Notes under the pieces: generated by a model
The model's input: only the letters and a program-made list of their open reading frames with translations
Databases searched by the model: none
What the model was told of the DNA's origin: nothing
From: Streptosporangiaceae bacterium
GTDB taxonomy: Bacteria; Actinomycetota; Actinomycetes; Streptosporangiales; Streptosporangiaceae
Direction of reading: 5' to 3'
Assembly (NCBI GenBank): GCA_036501025.1
Contig: DASYBB010000096.1
Location: forward strand, 3,645 to 67,644
Length of the DNA: 64,000 nt
Shown: positions 1 to 9,080 of the stretch, piece after piece
Layout: every line of letters starts with the position of its first letter
Position numbering within the stretch: the first letter of the stretch is position 1
Position numbers and translations under genes: made by a program

Positions 1-385
1 GCGGGGCCTTCCCGTCCGTGTTCCTCGCACCGCAAACGGTCTTCCCGTCAACGGCGATCACCAGCCGCCCGCCGGTCCGCACCGCCCGCGTCCACAGCCA
101 GGCGCCCAGGACCCGGTCGAGAGCATCGGGGCTGGCCAGGGCGAAGGCCCGCCGGAACGTCGATTCATCCGCCGCGCCGCGGACAGCGCCCAGCACGGCG
201 AGCACCTCCGGGCCGGCGTCAGCGGCCCACTGCCCGATCGCGGCGAACGACCGCGAGCCCGCGATCACTGCCTCGATCCCGGCGGCGAGCAGGCCCGCCA
301 GCGGATGCCGGCGACCGCGCCTCTTCCGCGGGTCCGGGACCTGGGCAAGGAGATCGAGCAGGTACTGGCTGCGGGCAGCCGGCAT
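1..385 (-). mobile_element. ISAs1-family (H-repeat, DDE_Tnp_1_assoc) transposase, N-terminal part; ORF runs off the left window edge
   Basis: Own translation of the minus strand from the ATG at comp(383-385): MPAARSQYLLDLLAQVPDPRKRRGRRHPLAGLLAAGIEAVIAGSRSFAAIGQWAADAGPEVLAVLG...FRRAFALASPDALDRVLGAWLW...GGRLVIAVDGKTVCGARNTDGKAP. This is the pattern typical of ISAs1 transposase N-termini. It is absent from the ORF track because the frame has no stop before position 1. Confidence 0.7.
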
Positions 386-603
386 AGGCGCCGATGTCAT
401 CGGCGGGCGGGTGTCCCTCGTGGCAGGCGATGGCACGCGTGAGAACTTCCATCGTTCCGCCCTGGCCCTGCCCGCCACTCACAGACACGCCGGGCACATC
501 ACCTAATTGTTACGACATCGCAGGTCACAGCTTCAATACGCGACTTTGCCGGGTCCCTGGTACCAGCACTAAGCCTTAACAGCCGGCCGTCGCCGACGGC
601 GGC

Positions 604-639
604 GGGCACGGCCGCAGACGGGTTGTGCGGCCCGTGCCC
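604..639. terminator. GC-rich stem-loop (13-bp stem with one bulge, 9-nt loop)
   Basis: GGGCACGGCCGCA (604-616) pairs with TGCGGCCCGTGCCC (626-639). It lies between the IS fragment and the HATPase remnant. Confidence 0.35.
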
Positions 640-748
640 GCGCGAGGTCAGGCGCCGGCCGGGCCGGTGCCGCGATAGGTGGTGTCGGCGGCGGGCAGTG
701 ACCCGCCGTCTGCGAGCTCGTCCGCGGCGATTACGCCACCGCGAGTGA

Positions 749-955
749 GCGGCTCGACGAGGGCCGGGCGCTGCGATCTACAGCGAGGTTTCCGACTCCG
801 ACGGCCGGGTCCCGTGCATCTTCCATCCCAGTGACGAGGAGGAACACGGGCGCGGCATGATCCTCGTCGAGGCTCTCGCCGCTCAATGGGGTACGCCGCC
901 CACTCATACCGGCAAGACCGTCTGGTGCCAGCTCGCGGCTGTCTCAAGATCATGA
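749..955 (+). pseudogene. Remnant (C-terminal about 65 aa) of an RsbW-like HATPase_c_2 'ATP-binding protein'
   Basis: This frame is open only from 749 to 955: ...AIYSEVSDSDGRVPCIFHPSDEEEHGRGMILVEALAAQWGTPPTHTGKTVWCQL... then stop. It matches the xEVxDxxxxxP...DExxGRGxxLVxALAxxWG...GKxVW C-terminus of small actinobacterial anti-sigma-type kinases. The N-terminal half is missing or out of frame. Confidence 0.45.
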
Positions 956-1217
956 AGTGCGCTCAGGGAGGAGTCACGTTCAGGGCTCACCGAGATTCGA
1001 GCCGCCCGGAGCGAACGTGGATGCTAAGCCCGATGGCCGCCGCGAGAAGTAGCGGCACCGCCGTCACAATGGTTCCCCGGCACCTGGGGCTCAACGTCTG
1101 CCATGTAGCCGGCGGAGACTGGCCCGGTCGTCCGCATCCCATCCATGTGAGGCCTGCGGAATCCCGCTGCGCGGCCGACAAGCTCGTTCCCTGTCGGACG
1201 GCTTGAGCTGCGGGTCG

Positions 1218-1838
1218 TCAGCTGAGGTGATGGCCGATCTGGCTGATCGCGAGGTCGAGCGCTGCCTCAAGGGGGCCGACATCGCGTTTGGCCTGGGTGA
1301 GCAGCAATCCGCCCTGGAGGGCGGCGAGAGTCCCGAGCGCGAGCCGGTCGACATTGGTGTCGTCCTGGAGCTCGCCGCGGTCGCGCATGCGCCGGAGCCC
1401 GTCGCGGATCGGGGCTTCCCAGCGGTCGAAGCTGGCGGCCAGCGCGGTCCGGGCGGGCTCGTCGGCCTCGGCGAGTTCGCTGGACAGTGATCCGAGCGGG
1501 CAGCCGCCCGCGCAGTGCCGCTGTCGTTGCAGCTCGACGAGCATGTCGCGCCACTGCCGGAACGCGGCGAGAGAGTCCAGCTCGTCGAGGAGCGGCCGCT
1601 GGCCGTCGATGATCGTGTCGGCCTGGTGCTCGATCACGGCGTGCACGAGCGAGCCCTTGCCGGGGAAGTAGTGGTAGAGCTGCGAGTTGCTGACCTGGGC
1701 GGCGGCCAGGACGTCTTCGTTGCTGGTGCCGGCCACGCCGTGGCGGAACATCAGCTCTGCCGCGGCTTCCACGATCCGCGCCCGGGTCGCGAGCCCCTTG
1801 CGGGTGAGGCGCCCGGCGGGCGCGTTCGCTGCGGCCAT
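1218..1838 (-). CDS. TetR/AcrR family transcriptional regulator
   Basis: 206-aa ORF. N-terminal HTH: TRARIVEAAAELMFRHGVAGTSNEDVLAAAQVSNSQLYHYFPGKGSLV. Divergent from the SDR gene. Confidence 0.95.
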   Translation of the reverse strand: MAAANAPAGRLTRKGLATRARIVEAAAELMFRHGVAGTSNEDVLAAAQVSNSQLYHYFPGKGSLVHAVIEHQADTIIDGQRPLLDELDSLAAFRQWRDMLVELQRQRHCAGGCPLGSLSSELAEADEPARTALAASFDRWEAPIRDGLRRMRDRGELQDDTNVDRLALGTLAALQGGLLLTQAKRDVGPLEAALDLAISQIGHHLS

Positions 1839-1853
1839 GACCCCACCCTACCG

Positions 1854-1907
1854 TTTCTGGCCTTGACAAGCCAGAAATCGTGTGGGCAGTATTGGCCTGT
1901 CCAGGCC
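1854..1907. promoter_or_regulatory. Two palindromes plus promoter-like hexamers in the TetR/SDR divergent region (candidate TetR operators)
   Basis: TTTCTGGC (1854-1861) and GCCAGAAA (1870-1877) are perfect 8-bp inverted arms flanking TTGACA (1863-1868). CAGTAT at 1887-1892 lies 18 nt downstream. A second palindrome, GGCCTG-TC-CAGGCC, is at 1894-1907. Confidence 0.5.
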
Positions 1908-1930
1908 AGAATTCTAGGGAAGCGGTTCGC

Positions 1931-2683
1931 ATGACCTCCAACAGCTCCTTCACTCCATCCACCGCGCTGGTCACCGGCGCCACCAGCGGCATCGGACGAG
2001 CCACCGCTATCGCCCTCGCCGCGACCGGGATTCACGTCGCGGCAGCGGGACGCGACAAGACCCGCGGCGATCAGACGGTGGCGGCGATACGGGCGGCCGG
2101 CGGCCGGGCCGATTTCGTCCCGGCCGATCTGCGCGACGCAGCATCGGCAACCCAGCTGGCCGCCGCGGCCAGGGCTGTCCTCGGCCACGTCGACATCCTC
2201 GTCAACAACGCCGGGTCCGGCGCCTTCGGTCCCACCGCCGGCACGACCGAGGCCGCGTTCGACGACCTGTTCGCGCTCAACGTCAAGGTGCCGTACTTCC
2301 TCACCGCCGCCCTGGCCCCGGACATGGCCGGGCGCGGCGCCGGAGTCATCGTCAACGTCTCGACGATGGTCGCCCAGTTCGGGCTCGACGGCATGGCGCT
2401 CTACGGCTCGACCAAGGCCGCGCTGGAACTGCTGACCAAGGCGTGGTCAGCAGAGTTCGGGCCGCAGGGCATCCGCGTCAACGCGGTCGCTCCGGGCCCG
2501 GTCAGCACCGAGGGCACGGCGGGAATGCGGGAAGCACAGGGATACCTCGCCTCGCTCGCGCCGGCCAGGCGACTGGGCACCGTGGAGGAGATCGCCGCCG
2601 CCATCGTCTACCTGGCCTCGCCGGAAGCGGGATTCACCCACGGCGTCGTGCTTTCGGTAGACGGCGGCCGCGTCGCCGTCTGA
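1931..2683 (+). CDS. SDR family oxidoreductase (short-chain dehydrogenase)
   Basis: TGATSGIGRA cofactor motif and YGSTKAAL (YxxxK) catalytic motif. Start moved to the ATG at 1931, in frame with track ORF 1880. Confidence 0.95.
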   Translation: MTSNSSFTPSTALVTGATSGIGRATAIALAATGIHVAAAGRDKTRGDQTVAAIRAAGGRADFVPADLRDAASATQLAAAARAVLGHVDILVNNAGSGAFGPTAGTTEAAFDDLFALNVKVPYFLTAALAPDMAGRGAGVIVNVSTMVAQFGLDGMALYGSTKAALELLTKAWSAEFGPQGIRVNAVAPGPVSTEGTAGMREAQGYLASLAPARRLGTVEEIAAAIVYLASPEAGFTHGVVLSVDGGRVAV

Positions 2684-2702
2684 GACCGCTCACACGAGGC
2701 CC

Positions 2703-4646
2703 CTACGGCTGGCCGGCTCCGCTCTCGAGGGAGAAGACCGAGACCCCGAACGGGGCCAGCGTGATGCTCGCGCCCGGCTCCCCGCCATCGAGGGCACGCA
2801 GCCGCGATCCGGCGCTGAGCTGCGGCTTGACCGTGACTGGCTCACCGGCGTGGCTCACCAGCCAGGCGAACCGGCGGCCGTCTGACCGGACCAGCACGTC
2901 GGCGGCTACGCGCGGATCGTCGACCGTTACCGGGCGGCGCACCCCGGCGTAGATGGCGAGCGCGTTGTACAGCGTGCTCGTCCCGTCCGGGTTGACCTCC
3001 GGGCTGACGGCGGCCAGGTACTCGACCGGATAGGTGCACAGGATCAGCGAGCCTGCGCCCACGCGGCGCAGCAGCAGCGCGGGCCGGTCATGCCCGTCGA
3101 CGGCGATGACCTCGGCGCCGTCCGGTCGGACCGGCAGGTACGTGCGGCTCTGCTCGGAGCCGGCCCCCCGGAATGCGAGCTTCGCGCCCCGCGACAGCGT
3201 GCCGAAGTCCTGCGCGAGGGTGAAGGTCACCTCCTCGTCCTCGACCCGGGCGGGCGCGCCGTAGCCGAGCTGGTGCTCGACCCCGAACATCGGGTTCAGC
3301 CGGGCGTACCAGGGACCGCTGTGCACGCGGTGCGCGCCGGGGGAGTACGAGACGTAGACCACCGCCCCGCCGGCTGCCAGCTCCTCCAGCTCCCGCCAGG
3401 TGGGGCTGAGCAGCTGCTTGGTGGACGGCACCAGGTACAGCCGCGCGTCGTGCCCGATGCCGTCGCTCTCCCGCGTCAGCGCGACCGGCAGGTCAGCGAG
3501 CCGGGCGGAGGCGTAGGACTGCCGGAGCACCTCAGCCAGGTAGCTGCGGTCCTCGTCGAACGTGAACGGGTAGCGGGTGTCGAGGTAGGAGGGGACGACC
3601 AGGGCGGCATCGGAGTCAGCGCGCCCGCAGCGGGCAATGTCCACCTCGCGCAGGACCTGCGCGAACGCCGCCATCTCGGCCAGCTGGGGCTTGGCCCGGC
3701 CCTGCCCGTCCGTCAGGCCGAAATGCATCTCGAAGGCGTGATGGCGGTAAGGGTCCTGGTCAGCCAGGTTGTCGTAGTCGGTGTTATTCCAGGCCAGCCA
3801 CCCGGTAGCGCCGGCCAGCAGGCTGTTGTGCAGCACCTGCCGGTAATAGTGCGCGGCGCTGGCATCGCTGACGAAATCGGAGCTGACCCCGAATTCCTCC
3901 ATGATGACGGGCGAGCCGAATGTCGCGGCCAGCTCGCACGCCCAGGCGGCGGCGTAATGCTGGCGGACGGTATCAGTCCCGACGGGATAGACGTGCGGGC
4001 CGAGGAAATCGCACTGGCGGGCGCTGTCGGCGACCGAGAAACCGCTGTCGTGACCGCTGACCTCGATTCCCCACGCGCCGTCGCCCAGCGAGACGGGCTG
4101 GGTACCGCCGGCCGCGCGGACGGCGTCGATGATGATCTGGGCCCAGGCCGCGACCGTCTCGCGCGGCGCCTCACCGCCGTAGATCGGCATCTCGTTGGAC
4201 ACCAGCCAGCCGCAGACGGCCTCGTGCGCGGCAAACCGCCGCACCATCTGCCCGGCGAACCAGGCCTGGCGGGCCACCATCCAGACATCGGAGTAGAGGT
4301 CACGGCCGCCGCGCCAGGCGGGGTCCCAGTTCTCTCCCGACATGTGGCCGACCAGGAAGGTCGGCACCGTGGTCATGCCCGCCTCGGCGTGAAGGTCGAG
4401 AAAGCTGGCGAACCGGTCCGTCATCTCCGCATCGATGCGATCGGGCGCCGGCATGAAATCAGGCCAGTAGAAGAACGATCGCGTCACGGACAGGCCGTGC
4501 TCGCGCAGCACCTCCAGCTCGCCGCGGACCACCTCCGGGTCGTAGTTGCGCCACATCAGCGGCCCGCCCGTCCGGGACCAGAAGTTAGCGCCGAGCCAGC
4601 TCACGGGCCGGCCGCCGGCGGTCAGGCGGACAGCGTTCCTGCGCAT
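2703..4646 (-). CDS. Cytoplasmic clan GH-A glycoside hydrolase (GH5/GH42-like architecture)
   Basis: 647 aa with no signal peptide. LVSNEMP is acid/base-like and VIMEEFG is nucleophile-like, both typical of the (beta/alpha)8 clan A. The C-terminal half resembles a GH42-type accessory domain. RBS AGGGGAG lies upstream. Confidence 0.85.
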   Translation of the reverse strand: MRRNAVRLTAGGRPVSWLGANFWSRTGGPLMWRNYDPEVVRGELEVLREHGLSVTRSFFYWPDFMPAPDRIDAEMTDRFASFLDLHAEAGMTTVPTFLVGHMSGENWDPAWRGGRDLYSDVWMVARQAWFAGQMVRRFAAHEAVCGWLVSNEMPIYGGEAPRETVAAWAQIIIDAVRAAGGTQPVSLGDGAWGIEVSGHDSGFSVADSARQCDFLGPHVYPVGTDTVRQHYAAAWACELAATFGSPVIMEEFGVSSDFVSDASAAHYYRQVLHNSLLAGATGWLAWNNTDYDNLADQDPYRHHAFEMHFGLTDGQGRAKPQLAEMAAFAQVLREVDIARCGRADSDAALVVPSYLDTRYPFTFDEDRSYLAEVLRQSYASARLADLPVALTRESDGIGHDARLYLVPSTKQLLSPTWRELEELAAGGAVVYVSYSPGAHRVHSGPWYARLNPMFGVEHQLGYGAPARVEDEEVTFTLAQDFGTLSRGAKLAFRGAGSEQSRTYLPVRPDGAEVIAVDGHDRPALLLRRVGAGSLILCTYPVEYLAAVSPEVNPDGTSTLYNALAIYAGVRRPVTVDDPRVAADVLVRSDGRRFAWLVSHAGEPVTVKPQLSAGSRLRALDGGEPGASITLAPFGVSVFSLESGAGQP

Positions 4647-4720
4647 GCGGAAATCTCCCCTCTGCGGCGGGACGGGCGAACTGGTTTAGGGAACCCCGCA
4701 CGGAAACAGTGCGATAGAAT

Positions 4721-4742
4721 CACTATACCGGTTAAGTGTCAA
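4721..4742. promoter_or_regulatory. 22-bp LacI-type operator, copy 1 (CACTATACCGGTTAAGTGTCAA)
   Basis: Exact reverse complement of 6086-6107. Contains the near-palindrome ACTATACCGGTTAAGT. TTGACA read on the minus strand points towards the GH gene. Confidence 0.6.
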
Positions 4743-4948
4743 TGTCGGCCGGGCTGCGCGACGAACGCGGCGGGCGCTCGCTGGGCCGCCGCCGAGCCCG
4801 CGGCGTGGGACTGGGCGGTCGTTACACTGGCAGCGGCGCAGCCGGGCGGTTACCTTACGCTGATGGCGCGTCCAACCGGGAGGCCGGCGCCCCGGGCCTG
4901 CGGTGCCGGGCGGGCAGCGGGGCAATAGAGGCCGCCAGGAGGCATGGG

Positions 4949-5995
4949 GTGAAGCGTCCGACCATCGCGGACATTGCGCGCCGCGCGGGCGTGACCAAGG
5001 CCGCGGTGTCATTCGCGCTCAACGGGCAGCCCGGCGTATCGGCGGCCACCCGGCAGCGCATTCTCGCGATTGCCGAGGAAATCGGCTTCCAGCCCAACAG
5101 CGCCGCCCGCGCGCTGTCCGACGGCCGGGCGGGCGCCTTCGGGCTCATCATTGACCGGCCCGCCCGCACGCTGGGGGTGGAGCCGTTCTTCATGCAGCTC
5201 ATCTCGGGCATCCAGGCCGAGCTCTCGGCTGGTCACACGTCACTGCTGTTTACCGTGGCACAGGACCAGGACGCCGAGATCGCGATGTACCGGTCGTGGT
5301 GGGCGCAGCGCCGGGTGGACGGCGTGTTCCTGGTCGACCTCCAGGTGGACGACCGCCGGGTCGCCATCCTCGAGGAACTGCGAATGCCCGCCGTGGTGAT
5401 CGGGCCGCCGGACCATGCCGGGCCGTTCCCGGCGGTCTGGCAGGACGACGCGGCGGCCACCAGGGCCGTGGTCGAGTTCCTCGCCGCGGCCGGCCACCGG
5501 CGCATCGCCCGGGTCACGGGCATCACCCGGCTCTGGCATACGAAGATCCGCAGCGATGCGTTCACCGCCGTCGCACGGGCGGCCGGAGTCGAGGCGCTGC
5601 TCACCGAGGCCGACTACACCGCGGAGAACGGGGCGGCCGCCACGCGGCGGCTGCTGCTCTCTGGCCAGCCCCCCACCGCGATCTTGTACGACAACGACCT
5701 GATGGCCGTCTCGGGCCTGGGCGAAGCCCAGCGGATCGGGGTGAGCGTGCCGGCGGACCTGTCCATCGTGGCCTGGGATGACTCCCCGACCTGCGAATTC
5801 GTGCATCCGCCGCTCACCGCCCTGACCAGGGACATCGCCGCCTCGGGTGCGCACGCCGCCCGGCTGCTGGCCCAGGCCGCCGACGGCACGCCCGTCGGCC
5901 ACGTCGAGGAGGCGCCGCCGGTGCTGACGCTCCGGGGCAGCACCGGGCCGGCCCCCCGGGTACCCGCCCGCCCCCGCCCGCGCGGCCGGGACTGA
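4949..5995 (+). CDS. LacI family transcriptional regulator
   Basis: VKRPTIADIARRAGVTKAAVSFALNGQPGVSAATRQRILAIAEEIGFQPNSAARAL HTH followed by a periplasmic-binding-fold core. GTG at 4949 lies 6 nt after AGGAGG and is in frame with track ORF 4736. Confidence 0.9.
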   Translation: MKRPTIADIARRAGVTKAAVSFALNGQPGVSAATRQRILAIAEEIGFQPNSAARALSDGRAGAFGLIIDRPARTLGVEPFFMQLISGIQAELSAGHTSLLFTVAQDQDAEIAMYRSWWAQRRVDGVFLVDLQVDDRRVAILEELRMPAVVIGPPDHAGPFPAVWQDDAAATRAVVEFLAAAGHRRIARVTGITRLWHTKIRSDAFTAVARAAGVEALLTEADYTAENGAAATRRLLLSGQPPTAILYDNDLMAVSGLGEAQRIGVSVPADLSIVAWDDSPTCEFVHPPLTALTRDIAASGAHAARLLAQAADGTPVGHVEEAPPVLTLRGSTGPAPRVPARPRPRGRD

Positions 5996-6085
5996 GCTGG
6001 CCAGAACGGCTAACGCAACCGCCGCGATATGAGATCGACACCTTAACGATACCTTGCCCCGCCTTCACCGGGGTGGCCCGAAGGG

Positions 6086-6107
6086 TTGACACTTAACCGG
6101 TATAGTG
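6086..6107. promoter_or_regulatory. 22-bp LacI-type operator, copy 2 (TTGACACTTAACCGGTATAGTG)
   Basis: Identical in reverse complement to 4721-4742. TTGACA faces the ABC operon on the plus strand. Confidence 0.6.
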
Positions 6108-6295
6108 CTTCGCTCAGTCCACGCCAGAGACCTGGTTCCGTGCCATCGGAGCCGCCGTCGCCCGGTAAAACAACACACCGACGCCGTCTTCACTAGCGGC
6201 CATCTCCGCGTAGCTCGCGCGCTCTGCGCGGAGATGCCGCACAGGCATTCCGTCAAGCCTGGGAATCACGGCCGATAGGAGAAGAGGGAATCGTC

Positions 6296-7948
6296 ATGTC
6301 CTCGAAGCCCTGGCGCGTGCGGGCGATTGCCGCGAGCGCCATCGTCGCGGCCGTCGGCATGCTGGCTGCCTGCGGCGGCAGCAGTAACGGCAGCAGTTCC
6401 GGCTCGACCTCATCCGCGTCCGGCTCGACGGGCGTGCTCACCGTCGCCACCGGCGCGACCGCCTATCCCAATGACTTCAACCTCTACTCGCCCAATGCCG
6501 AGGACGCGACCAACGGCATGATCTACGAGCCGCTGTTCTTCTACGACACCGCTAAGGCCGGCAGCACCGAGCCGTGGCTGGGGACCAGCTATGCGTGGTC
6601 AGCGGGCGGCAAGACCCTGACGGTGCAGCTCCGGCACAACGTGAAGTGGACCGACGGCAAGCCGTTCACCAGCGCGGACGTCGCCTTCACGTTCAACCAG
6701 GCGCTGCACAGCACCGCCCTCAACAAGTTCGGCCTGCCACTGGCCAGCGTGTCGGCGGCCGGCCCGTACACCGTGACGATCAACTTCACCAAGGCCGCCT
6801 ACACCGATGCCTATTACGCGCTCGGCCGGGTTGAGATCCTGCCCCAGCACATCTGGCAGTCGATCAAGAACCCCACGACGTTCCTGAACCAGCACCCGGT
6901 CGGGACCGGCGCCTACACCGTCACCAAGTTCACGCCGCAGGCGTTCGAGCTCGCGGCGAACCCGCACTACTACCTGCCGGGGCTGCCGCACTTCAAGACG
7001 ATCCGGTTCCTGGCCTTCAGCGGGAACACGACGCTGAACGCGGCCATCGAGGCCGGCCAGCTCGACTGGTCGGGCGCGTTCATCCCGAACATCAAGAAGA
7101 CGTACGTGGCGAAGGATCCCAAGAACATCGTCAGCGACATCCCGCTGGCCACGACGTTCCTGGTATCTAACATGGCCACCGGCCCGACGACCAAGCTGGC
7201 CGTCCGCCAGGCCATCAGCGCCGCAGTGAACCGCAGTTACATCAGCAACACCGTCTACGACGGCTTCGCTCCGGCCTCCAACCCGGAGGCCCTGATCACC
7301 CCGAACTACAACTCGGTCCTCAGCCCGGACCTCACCAGCGCGAGCTTCGCCAGCGCCGGTGCCGCCGCGGCCAAGCAGATCCTGGCCAAGGCGGGCATCG
7401 CCACGCCCCTCAGCCTCACCGTCAAGATGGTGGCCGGCTACACCGACTACCTCAGTGACCTGCAGATAATCCAGCAGGAGCTCAAGCCCGCCGGGATCAA
7501 CCTGAGCATCGACCAGGAGGCCTACACCGCATTCACCTCCGACCAGGACAACGGCAACTTCGAGTTGCTGATGGACAGCTTCGGCTACACGCCCGATCCC
7601 TGGTCGTACTACTACTCCCTGCTCGACAGCGCCATCTCGCCGCCGATCGGCAAGGCGGACACGGCCGGCAACTACGAGCGGTACCGCAATCCCCAGGTGG
7701 ACTCGCTGCTCAGCCAGATCGCCGGGACGACGGACCCGTCCGTGCAGAAGCCGGCCTTCTACAAGATCGAGCAGATCTTCAGCCAGGACCTGCCGCTCAT
7801 CCCGATGTGGGAGTCTCAGGACGAAATCGAGTTCAACGGCCACTTCGTCAGCAATATCCCGACGGTGTCCAATGCCTATGGCGCGCCGGCGGTCTACATC
7901 CAGCCCGACATCGGGTGGATCGCCGCCCGGCTCGTCCCGGTGAGCTAG
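6296..7948 (+). CDS. ABC transporter substrate-binding lipoprotein, family 5 (peptide/oligosaccharide type)
   Basis: 550 aa. Signal peptide with lipobox LAAC followed by a Ser/Gly linker. The body is typical of SBP_bac_5. Confidence 0.95.
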   Translation: MSSKPWRVRAIAASAIVAAVGMLAACGGSSNGSSSGSTSSASGSTGVLTVATGATAYPNDFNLYSPNAEDATNGMIYEPLFFYDTAKAGSTEPWLGTSYAWSAGGKTLTVQLRHNVKWTDGKPFTSADVAFTFNQALHSTALNKFGLPLASVSAAGPYTVTINFTKAAYTDAYYALGRVEILPQHIWQSIKNPTTFLNQHPVGTGAYTVTKFTPQAFELAANPHYYLPGLPHFKTIRFLAFSGNTTLNAAIEAGQLDWSGAFIPNIKKTYVAKDPKNIVSDIPLATTFLVSNMATGPTTKLAVRQAISAAVNRSYISNTVYDGFAPASNPEALITPNYNSVLSPDLTSASFASAGAAAAKQILAKAGIATPLSLTVKMVAGYTDYLSDLQIIQQELKPAGINLSIDQEAYTAFTSDQDNGNFELLMDSFGYTPDPWSYYYSLLDSAISPPIGKADTAGNYERYRNPQVDSLLSQIAGTTDPSVQKPAFYKIEQIFSQDLPLIPMWESQDEIEFNGHFVSNIPTVSNAYGAPAVYIQPDIGWIAARLVPVS

Positions 7949-8034
7949 CGGCCGCCCGGCGGCTAGCACCGCCACAGCCGCAGGCCACTGCCCGGCGGGG
8001 GAGATCGCTGCCCCCGCGTTCCCCCGCCGGGCAG
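7944..8034 (+). promoter_or_regulatory. Two consecutive stem-loops between the SBP and permease genes (intra-operon attenuator or mRNA stabiliser)
   Basis: GCTAGCGGCCGCCCGGCGGCTAGC at 7944-7967. Then a perfect 14-bp stem: CTGCCCGGCGGGGG (7988-8001) pairs with CCCCCGCCGGGCAG (8021-8034). Confidence 0.6.
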
Positions 8035-8087
8035 CCGGGCCGCAGCCGCACGACCGGCGCAGCGCCGGTGCAGAAGGGAGGCCGGGC

Positions 8088-9080
8088 GTGCGCTATATCG
8101 TCCGCAAGCTGGCGTTCTACCTCGTGGCCGCCTGGGCAGCGCTCACGATCAACTTCTTCCTCCCGCAGCTCATCCCCGGCAACCCGGTCGAGGCGCTGAT
8201 CGGCCGGATGTCGCAGTCGGGCACCGTCCCGCCCGGTGAGGCCAAGGTCCTGGCCAGCCTGCTCGGCCTGGGCACGGGGAACATCTTCCAGAAGTACGGG
8301 CAGTACCTGGACGGGCTGGTCCACCTGCGGCTCGGCCTGTCGATCAGCGAGTTCCCCACCCCGGTGAGCACGCAGATCGCGCAGTCCATCTACTGGACGC
8401 TCATCCTGGTCGGCGTGGCGACGGTGCTCAGCTTCGCGCTCGGCATCCTGCTCGGCGCGGTGGCCGGCTGGAAGCGGGGATCCCGGCTGGACGCGATCAT
8501 CCCGGCCACCACGCTGCTGACGGCCATGCCGTACTTCTGGCTCGCGCTGATCCTGCTGTACTTCCTGGCCAGCAACGTCTGGCACGTCTTCCCGCAGGGC
8601 CAGGGATACAACACCAACTCCGAGCTCAGCCCCGGCTGGAGCCCGGCCTTCCTGGCCTCGGCCGTGCAGCACGCGATCCTGCCCGCCCTGACCATCGTGC
8701 TCAGCTCGGTCGGCGGCTGGCTGCTGGGCATGCGGAACATGATGGTCTCGACCCTGTCCGACGACTACGTCGTGGCGGCCGAGGCCAGGGGGCTGCGGCC
8801 GCGCCGGATCATGATCGGCTACGCGGCCCGCAACGCCGTGCTGCCCAGCGTCTCCGGGTTCGCGATCTCACTCGGGTTCGTGGTCAGCGGGGCCATCGCG
8901 ATGGAGTACGTCTTCTCCTACCCCGGCATCGGCAACCAGCTGGTGCAGGCGGTCAACAACAACGACTACCCGCTGATGCAGGGCATCTTCCTGGTCATCA
9001 CGCTCGCGGTGCTGGGAGCCAACCTGCTGGTCGACCTGCTGCACGGCTTCATCGACCCGCGGACGAGGCTGGCCCGGTGA
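8088..9080 (+). CDS. ABC transporter permease (DppB/OppB-like)
   Basis: 330 aa, multi-TM. GTG start after GAAGGGAGG. Confidence 0.95.
   Translation: MRYIVRKLAFYLVAAWAALTINFFLPQLIPGNPVEALIGRMSQSGTVPPGEAKVLASLLGLGTGNIFQKYGQYLDGLVHLRLGLSISEFPTPVSTQIAQSIYWTLILVGVATVLSFALGILLGAVAGWKRGSRLDAIIPATTLLTAMPYFWLALILLYFLASNVWHVFPQGQGYNTNSELSPGWSPAFLASAVQHAILPALTIVLSSVGGWLLGMRNMMVSTLSDDYVVAAEARGLRPRRIMIGYAARNAVLPSVSGFAISLGFVVSGAIAMEYVFSYPGIGNQLVQAVNNNDYPLMQGIFLVITLAVLGANLLVDLLHGFIDPRTRLAR

Noticed and set aside
648-953. 101-aa minus-strand ORF
   Set aside because: Arg-rich with no homology pattern. The opposite strand in this interval carries the recognisable HATPase_c_2 C-terminus, so I report the plus-strand remnant instead.
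3090-4928. 612-aa plus-strand ORF
   Set aside because: Antisense to the glycoside hydrolase gene, with Arg/Gly/Pro-rich composition and no domain signatures.
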